The notes beneath the pieces were generated by a model, which made no database searches, had not been told where the DNA came from, and saw only the letters and a program-made list of their open reading frames with translations. Positions 26,147-32,000 of a stretch of DNA of 32,000 bases are shown piece after piece. The stretch comes from Candidatus Kuenenia stuttgartensis. GTDB lineage: Bacteria > Planctomycetota > Brocadiia > Brocadiales > Brocadiaceae. Where the stretch lies: the NCBI RefSeq assembly GCF_900232105.1, contig NZ_LT934425.1:1590001-1622000 (forward strand), read 5' to 3'. The position numbers were made by a program, and so were the translations under genes. Within the stretch, counting starts at the first letter, position 1. Every line of letters starts with the position of its first letter.

Positions 26147-26728
26147 TTAAGATAACCCTGAGAAAAGCTTCAGGAAGTATTTTATCGGCGGGCCAAGCAC
26201 CAGGCTAAGAATAGACACCCCAGTAAAATTTCCCATTACAATAAGCCCTAACAGGATAAAGGGTCCGTAACGTTCTATTTCTTTGTATCGGACGGATAGA
26301 CGATACGGCAATAAACCTTCCAGGATATGTGAACCGTCAAGAGGAAAAATTGGGATCATATTAAAAAATGCCAATGACAGGTTTACGACAATCATCGTGA
26401 TTAATAAGTTAAATATCATCGTGGAGAGATTTGACGGCAGGGGAATATTGCGCAACAGTTGAAATACCATGCCAAATAAAAATGCCGAAATGAAATTAGA
26501 TGCAGGGCCTGCAAATGAAACAATCATGTTATCCCTGCGTGGAGTTCTAAAATTATTGGGATTTATGGGAACGGGTTTGCCCCATCCAAAACCTGCAAAA
26601 ACAAAACATAACGCACCCATAATATCAATATGGGCAAGCGGGTTTAACGTTAATCTGCCTTGTAGTCTTGCTGTTGGGTCACCACACCTGTTTGCCGTCC
26701 AACCATGAAAAAATTCATGTATTGTCAA
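26147..26728 (-). CDS. site-2 protease family (peptidase M50) membrane metalloprotease
   Basis: HEFFH zinc motif, GDPTARLQGRLTLNPLAHIDIMG and PLDGSHIL are typical of the small M50B family. The track start (TTG 26728) leaves only 3 residues before HExxH. The frame is open to 26797 (see findings). Confidence 0.85.
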   Translation of the reverse strand: MTIHEFFHGWTANRCGDPTARLQGRLTLNPLAHIDIMGALCFVFAGFGWGKPVPINPNNFRTPRRDNMIVSFAGPASNFISAFLFGMVFQLLRNIPLPSNLSTMIFNLLITMIVVNLSLAFFNMIPIFPLDGSHILEGLLPYRLSVRYKEIERYGPFILLGLIVMGNFTGVSILSLVLGPPIKYFLKLFSGLS

Positions 26729-27410
26729 CGCATAAAGGATTGCTGGTATTGTTATGATTAAATTGTTTATATTAAAAATCGCTCTGTCCCTATTATTAAA
26801 ATTTTAAAAAATATAAAAAATATTAACACAATAAAAATATGTTGTCAAGCTAGCAGAACAATTTGATTTATGCAAATTTTCTTTTCTTTTAGCACAAATA
26901 GGCGTATAAATTTTAATTGCATTGCATATGTGTAGTGAAAGCCGAATATAAAGAAACATATGCGAAATTATACCAAAAGCACCCGAAGGCGTACAAACAT
27001 AACCCGGTCTCTCATCAAATGTGTTGTATGTGGCCAACGGTTATACCACAAGACATCATTGAAGATACCAAACAGATACTTGATAGAGAAAATGGCCGGA
27101 TTTTATTAGGGAACCGAAAGGAAAAACGAAGCGAAACAATTAACAGAAAGGGTAAAAAAGTGAGGGGAAACAGGGGATTGTGTTTTTCTAAAACAATTTT
27201 TTAGAAACCTGTTAAATAATATTTGCTGAATGCTTCTTGTCTTCGTAAACTGTTAAAGAAATCGCGGCACAAGGATTATTGAAAACCTGAGAGGAAAAAC
27301 GGTTGTTCATTAAGAGATTTTTCGGTTCAGCCCTGGCGAAAGCGGCAATCTTACGGCCACTTCATTGCTACCTGTTATACAGCGTGCATTATAACCTGAG
27401 AGGGCGTTAA

Positions 27411-27863
27411 ATGCAGATACTCGTCGATGCTGATGCGTTTCCAGGTGTGATAGCGGATATCCTATTCCGGGCAGTTGAGCGCGTTCGCATTCCGTTGCTT
27501 CTGGTCTCAAATAAGCATCTGAAGGTTCCTCAATCTATGTACATTTCAAGTATTACGGTATCTGCAGGTTTTGATGTGGCAGATAATCGTATCGTTGCGA
27601 TGGCTCAACAGGGCGATCTGGTTATCACTGCTGATATACCACTTGCATACCGTGTTGTTGAGAAGGGAGCATATGCGATTGACCCGAGAGGCGATCTCTA
27701 CACGGAAGCAAACATAAAACTGCGGCTGGCCATGCGCAATCTCCTGGATGAACTCCGGGCCGGCGGTATGATTACCGGAGGCCCATCTTCGTTTGGACGG
27801 AAAGACATTCAGTCGTTTGCCTGCCAACTGGACCGTTTTCTGACAAAACATTGTAAGAGTTGA
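27411..27863 (+). CDS. yaiI: YaiI/YqxD family protein (UPF0178, DUF188)
   Basis: 150-aa ORF with MQILVDADAFPGVIADILFRAVERVRIPLLLVSN...DVADNRIVAMAQQGDLVITADIPLA...GGPSSFGRKD, matching the UPF0178 pattern. SD GAGAGGG lies 7 nt upstream. Confidence 0.9.
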   Translation: MQILVDADAFPGVIADILFRAVERVRIPLLLVSNKHLKVPQSMYISSITVSAGFDVADNRIVAMAQQGDLVITADIPLAYRVVEKGAYAIDPRGDLYTEANIKLRLAMRNLLDELRAGGMITGGPSSFGRKDIQSFACQLDRFLTKHCKS

Positions 27864-27936
27864 AGGTGCATAACAATGGCATGCATGCGGTCGCTTCATG
27901 CTTCGCGCCGATTATGCTTACGTGAGAAATTTAAAA

Positions 27937-28206
27937 ATGAATAATTGGTTTTTGTATTTGATACGATGTAAACATGGAAGATTATATACAGGCATTACCA
28001 CCGATGTGGAAAGAAGATTTGCAGAACACTCAAGTGATGATAAAAAAGGATCAAAATACTTAAGAGGGAAGGCACCTTTAACGCTGGTTTTGAAAAAGAA
28101 GATTGGAAGCAGGAGTATTGCATTAAAGATGGAAGCAAGGGTAAAAAAATTACCAAAAATAAAAAAGGAAATGTTCGTGGAGGGTAAAATCCAAATAAAT
28201 ATATGA
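27937..28206 (+). CDS. GIY-YIG nuclease family protein (UPF0213/YhbQ-like)
   Basis: MNNWFLYLIRCKHGRLYTGITTDVERRFAEHSS is the GIY-YIG N-terminal module. The track ORF starts at 27898, but family members normally begin a few residues before the first beta-strand. The stop overlaps the pepF start (ATGA at 28203-28206). Confidence 0.8.
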   Translation: MNNWFLYLIRCKHGRLYTGITTDVERRFAEHSSDDKKGSKYLRGKAPLTLVLKKKIGSRSIALKMEARVKKLPKIKKEMFVEGKIQINI

Positions 28207-29993
28207 ACAAAAATAAAACACGGAATCAAATAGAAGACAAATACAAATGGGATTTGTCTGTTTTGTATGCATCGGATGATTGTTGGGAGAAAGACTACCG
28301 GAAGGTGGAAAAAGGACTTCCTCAACTCATGGCGTTTAAAGGTGCTCTTGCCGATTCCGGCAAACTCGGGCAGTTCATGCAGTTATACATTGATCATTCT
28401 GTCGTAAGAGAAAATTTACATGTGTATGCGCATGTACGCTTTTTTGAAGATACCCGGAATGCCGTGTATGAAGAGATGAAGGGCCGTATTGAACTGCTTG
28501 TTTCAAAGATTTCTGCAGAAACTGTTTTTATAAAAAAAGAGCTGTCGTCTTTATCGCTTGATGATATCGATACGATGATTCACGAAAATTCTCAGCTTGC
28601 AGGGTATCGCTTCTTTTTGAAAAGCTATGCCCGATACAAAACCGCACATCCTTTCGGAGGAAACGGAAATTGCTTTAGCAGAACTGAAAATTGCCTTAAA
28701 AAGCCTGATGATGCTTTTTTGGCCTTTCATGATAACAATATTTTATTCGGGGAATTTGAACACAAGGGAGAAAAAATCCACCTCTCTCATGCAAAATATG
28801 CCCAACTATTAGAATCTCCTGACCGGGATCTCCGGCAAAAGGTGTTTGATTATTATTACCGGCCTTTCCGTCAGAATATTGATGTACTGGCAAATATCTA
28901 TGCTGCAAACGTACTTGCAAACATTAAGCTGGCGAAGGTACGCAACTATGCGTCAATGCTGGAAATGTCCCTGTTTCCCGATTATGTGCCACTGCCCAAA
29001 CAAGGTATTCAGCAATCTCGTTGAAGTTGCAAAAGAAAATATTGATGTGATTAGCGAGTTCAATGCACTGAAACAGGAAGAACTCGGCATAGAAGCATTA
29101 CACTTCTATGATAATTATGTGCCCTGGTTGGTGAAACTGCTAAAAATATTCTTATGAAGAGGCGCGTACTCTGGTTCGTACTGCACTTGAACCGCTTGGG
29201 GCTGAATATCTCAGGAAGTACGACGCTACCGTTAGTGCACGGGTAATTGATGTTTTTGAATCTCCCGGCAAAAGATCAGGGGCATTCTCATGGGGGAGTT
29301 ATGCGAGCCGGGGATTAATTTTCTTAAATTACACGGAAAAGTTTTCGGATGTTTCAACATTTGCACATGATTCGGCCACTGCCTGCATCGGGATTATTCC
29401 ATTGAAAATCAACCATACATTTATTATCAGAATCCCATCTTTCTGGCAGAGATAGCCTCTACATTCAATGAAGCGCTGTTATTTGATCATATGTCAAAGA
29501 TTGCCGAAACCCGCGCGAGGAGAAGAAATTTTATCTGTATCATAATATGAAACGTATAGAGGCAACCTTCTATAGACAGACCATGTTCGCAAATTTTGAA
29601 AAAGATATTCACGAGATGGCAGAATCCGGCAAGGTGCTGACCTCGAAAAGCATAACCGGCATTTACCTGAAAAATCTTGAAACCTATCTGGGTAAGGGAA
29701 TGGTTATTGATGTGCAATTAAACTACGAGTGGGCTAGAATTCCTCATTTTTACAATGCCTTTTATGTCTACAAATATGCTACCAGTTTGTCCGCGGCAAT
29801 AGCTTTGTCTGAACGCGTAACCTCCGGTGAAAAAGGCGCCGTCGAAGACTATCTGACATTTCTGGGAGCAGGATCACACAAAGAACCGCTTGAAATCCTG
29901 AAAGACGCCGGGGTTGACCTTACCGGAAAAGAAGCATATGAAGTGACGGTTTACAAATTCAGGAAATTACTGAAAGAATACAAGTCATTATAA
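28203..29993 (+). pseudogene. pepF: oligoendopeptidase F (M3B, PepF) pseudogene with at least seven frame changes
   Basis: PepF-like sequence is recovered only by hopping frames. Frame 0: 28203 to ~28640 (..SYARYK). Frame 1: to ~28700 (PHILSEETEIALAELKIALKS). Frame 0: to ~28995 (PDDAFLAF..SLFPDYVPLP). Frame 1: to ~29124 (NKVFSNLVEVAKENIDVISEFNALKQEELGIEALHFYDNYVP). Frame 0: to ~29150 (LVGETAKNI). Frame 2: to ~29370 (YEEARTLV..GKRSGAFSWG..STFAH). Frame 1: to ~29512 (FGHCLHRDYSIENQPYIYYQNPIFLAEIASTFNEALLFDHM). Frame 0: to the stop at 29993 (EEKKFYLYHNMKRIEATFYRQTMFANFE..). The catalytic HExxH is itself split (CAT GA- TTC GGC CAC). Confidence 0.85.
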
Positions 29994-30132
29994 GGGGTGT
30001 GATTTGTAGTGGCAAGGCGTACCTCATACGCATCAACCTAACTTTTACTGAAAAGCCAGCAGTTGAAGCAAAGCAGAAGTAAAGAGATTAATTTTTCAGA
30101 ATGGGGATTCACCTCCCTCATATACTAAGAAC

Positions 30133-31083
30133 TTATTGGGATTGTTGTAACACGGAACGGAATTCTCTGCACAGTGGATACACCATTATTAATTTTACAT
30201 TTTCGTAAAGTTTGGAATAATCTCCCAATTTCCCCCTCCCCTTCGTTTCTCCTAAATAAATCCAATTTGCTGCCTTATAGCATGTACCCCTGAAACGTTT
30301 TTTTTCTACAAACGTCTCTAACATTACAGGCCGGTATTTGTAACGATCTTCCCAATCATTCGGCAGTTTTTTGGCGACTAAGCCCAATACCCTTGATGCA
30401 AGATTCCTTGACTTTATCCAGGGCAAAATCAAAAACCGGCAATTATTTACTATCAGATTGAGATTTTGTTCCCGAATCTGCCTACTCCATCCGATAAAGT
30501 CTTCTCTTGCCTGCACATTCCACGCTGATGCACCAAAACCTAATGCCCCAAGTACGCCGTAACGACTGTTTATCTGATAGCGAAGTTGGGCGCCTACCAA
30601 TCTTTTATATCCTAAATAATGCCAACGATGAATCATTTCGTTCCATATACGGGATTCTACAGGGGTTTTTACTATATCCAGACTTATATCTCCAATCTCT
30701 CCGGCTGATAGGTTGAGCAATGGCTGGTTATCATTTAACATATTACTATGCTTGTACGGCTTGCCATCGCCATTCCCATTTCGATTCAAAGATGGCGGCA
30801 AGGAGAACCACCCATCTCTTTCCATCCGCAGCAGCGCTACACGGCAACTCATATCCTTTAGCTTGCCGTCTGCCTTTCTCCACTCAAAGCGCTCACATAT
30901 CTTCACCGAAATAGCCGTCCGGCACAAACCCTTTGTCCTGACTATTTCACTAATAATTTTCATTTCTTCCATCGTAAAGTCGCGCCCACAATAACGAACC
31001 GGCGCGGCAGACTGATGCAACGCAACGGCAGATTTGATTCGTTCAGGCTCTTTGAGAATATGATTCCTGTTGTCCCCTGTCAT
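30133..31083 (-). CDS. DUF4338 domain protein (DruA-like)
   Basis: 316-aa ORF. WHYLGYKRLVGAQLRYQI...LGFGASAWNVQAREDFIGWS...IVNNCRFLILPWIKSRNLASRVLGL...DWEDRYKYRPVMLETFVEKKRFRGTCYKAANWIYLGETKGRGK matches my memory of the DUF4338 (PF14236) core. The ATG overlaps the transposase stop (ATGA, 31083-31080). Confidence 0.7.
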   Translation of the reverse strand: MTGDNRNHILKEPERIKSAVALHQSAAPVRYCGRDFTMEEMKIISEIVRTKGLCRTAISVKICERFEWRKADGKLKDMSCRVALLRMERDGWFSLPPSLNRNGNGDGKPYKHSNMLNDNQPLLNLSAGEIGDISLDIVKTPVESRIWNEMIHRWHYLGYKRLVGAQLRYQINSRYGVLGALGFGASAWNVQAREDFIGWSRQIREQNLNLIVNNCRFLILPWIKSRNLASRVLGLVAKKLPNDWEDRYKYRPVMLETFVEKKRFRGTCYKAANWIYLGETKGRGKLGDYSKLYENVKLIMVYPLCREFRSVLQQSQ

Positions 31084-32000
31084 AGTGAAAAACCCTCTAA
31101 AAATCCAACCTGTCCACTTATTAATTCAAGGGTTGTTTTGCGCCGCCTCTTTTGTTTTAACAGTCCTTTGGGGAAACTCTTTAACAATTCTTCCATAAGC
31201 GCCGGAAGCATATTATCTGCAATCGCACGGCTCAGACGCCCTTTTCTTTGTAACCATTGAATTAGCTTTACCCCACTCACCTCCCGGCACATAGTACTAT
31301 GACAATACCATGCGCTTAGCGCATATATCCGCGTTACGATACATATCATTATCAACCGGCCATATAACAAACAACGAATCCTTTCTTCACGGGTACCCCT
31401 CATTACATCCATCCGGAATAATTGTTTCCATTGCTTAAATACCAACTCTATCTGCCACCTTATCCGGTATATTGTGCCTACTACTTCCGGCGACCAGATT
31501 TCCGCCCCTACATTGGTGATATAGAAGCTATAGTCTAACCACTCTAAATATTCACGGGACAAGGTCTTTCCACTCTTTTGTACCGCTCTTTTGGCTTTGC
31601 GTCTGCGCTCATTTATTACATGCCCGGGCGCACGGTACGCTATCAGACGGCTGCATATCCTCTCTTCTCCAAGATAAACCTCCATGTCTGCGAGACCTTT
31701 ATTGCCTATGTGTTTCTTTACATATGACACAAGGTCTATGGCTTCTGCACCGGGATCTGCGCTTAAATAGACTTTGGTACTCTTGAAGAAGCGGCTTAAA
31801 TAATATGCCCCTTTTCCTTCAATATCCCCTAATACCGAAAGATCAAAATATCCCAAATCCCTCAACAGCAAATCCCTTTCCCCTATATGTTTCAATACCT
31901 TTGCTCCGTTTTTCTGATCAGGATAGGTGCCTTTCGTAATAGAAACTTCTTTCAATATATGATGTACCGCCTCATATAATAAATCTATCTTTACGGATGA
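31080..32000 (-). CDS. IS4-family DDE transposase (C-terminal 306 codons; N-terminus beyond the window end)
   Basis: The frame is open from base 32000 (921 nt = 307 triplets including the stop). The track shows only the part from an internal TTG. DDE_Tnp_1 features: LLLRDLGYFDL, FYITNV, and YRIRWQIELVFKQWK, the Y-x2-R-x3-E-x6-K signature of IS4-type enzymes. Confidence 0.85.
   Translation of the reverse strand, partial: SSVKIDLLYEAVHHILKEVSITKGTYPDQKNGAKVLKHIGERDLLLRDLGYFDLSVLGDIEGKGAYYLSRFFKSTKVYLSADPGAEAIDLVSYVKKHIGNKGLADMEVYLGEERICSRLIAYRAPGHVINERRRKAKRAVQKSGKTLSREYLEWLDYSFYITNVGAEIWSPEVVGTIYRIRWQIELVFKQWKQLFRMDVMRGTREERIRCLLYGRLIMICIVTRIYALSAWYCHSTMCREVSGVKLIQWLQRKGRLSRAIADNMLPALMEELLKSFPKGLLKQKRRRKTTLELISGQVGFLEGFSL

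Larger units (their letters stand above)
30133..32000 (-). mobile_element. partial IS4-like element carrying transposase plus a coupled DUF4338 passenger/accessory gene
   Basis: The two ORFs overlap by 4 nt and are co-oriented. The element end nearest pepF should lie in 29994-30132, but cannot be defined because the other end is outside the window. Confidence 0.55.

Noticed and set aside
26917-27204. 95-aa plus-strand ORF in the M50/yaiI divergent region
   Set aside because: There is no SD. The composition is Cys/Lys-rich with no domain I recognise, and it overlaps an equally unconvincing minus-strand ORF (26804..27037). The region is left as unexplained non-coding sequence.
30133-31083. Calling this locus a Druantia defence system because of DUF4338
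   Set aside because: No DruB-E-like large genes or DUF1998 helicase are present on the downstream side, where the neighbour is the convergent pepF pseudogene. The upstream partner is a transposase. A single marker domain is not a system.

Overview
This is an AT-rich bacterial chromosomal segment. Every convincing gene from base 1 to about 26.8 kb is on the minus strand, followed by a short plus-strand block and an IS at the right edge. Core genes: smc (12501-16124), an unlisted 59-aa lysine-rich H1-like gene, the class III (anaerobic) ribonucleotide reductase operon nrdR-nrdD-nrdG, dCMP deaminase, mnmE, yidC preceded by an unlisted Trm112-like gene, scpA (interrupted at an A10 tract) and an M50 protease. 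Less ordinary content on the left and centre: a cytochrome bd subunit I-like ORF running off the left edge, three secreted beta-sandwich proteins (one cupredoxin-like), an AAA ATPase and a Zn-ribbon/HEAT protein. There are also two tandem formate/nitrite transporter (FNT) paralogues plus a duplicated 5' remnant of the upstream one, and a nested inverted-repeat (MITE-like) element. A dynamin-like GTPase is followed by a GTPase-less paralogue and a small helical protein, and each paralogue is preceded by the same structured intergenic module. Right end: a yaiI-family gene, a GIY-YIG nuclease, a heavily frameshifted pepF pseudogene, and a DUF4338 (DruA-like) gene translationally coupled to an IS4-type transposase that runs off the window. 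I saw no rRNA, tRNA or CRISPR array. My best candidate for something undescribed is the dynamin-like protein / stalk-only paralogue / 90-aa protein module with its duplicated leader (8.9-12.4 kb). The second candidate is the transposase-coupled DUF4338 gene. All homology statements come from reading translations by eye; no database search was run. The gene set (class III RNR, paired FNT channels) suggests an anaerobe; a planctomycete/anammox-like origin is only a guess.
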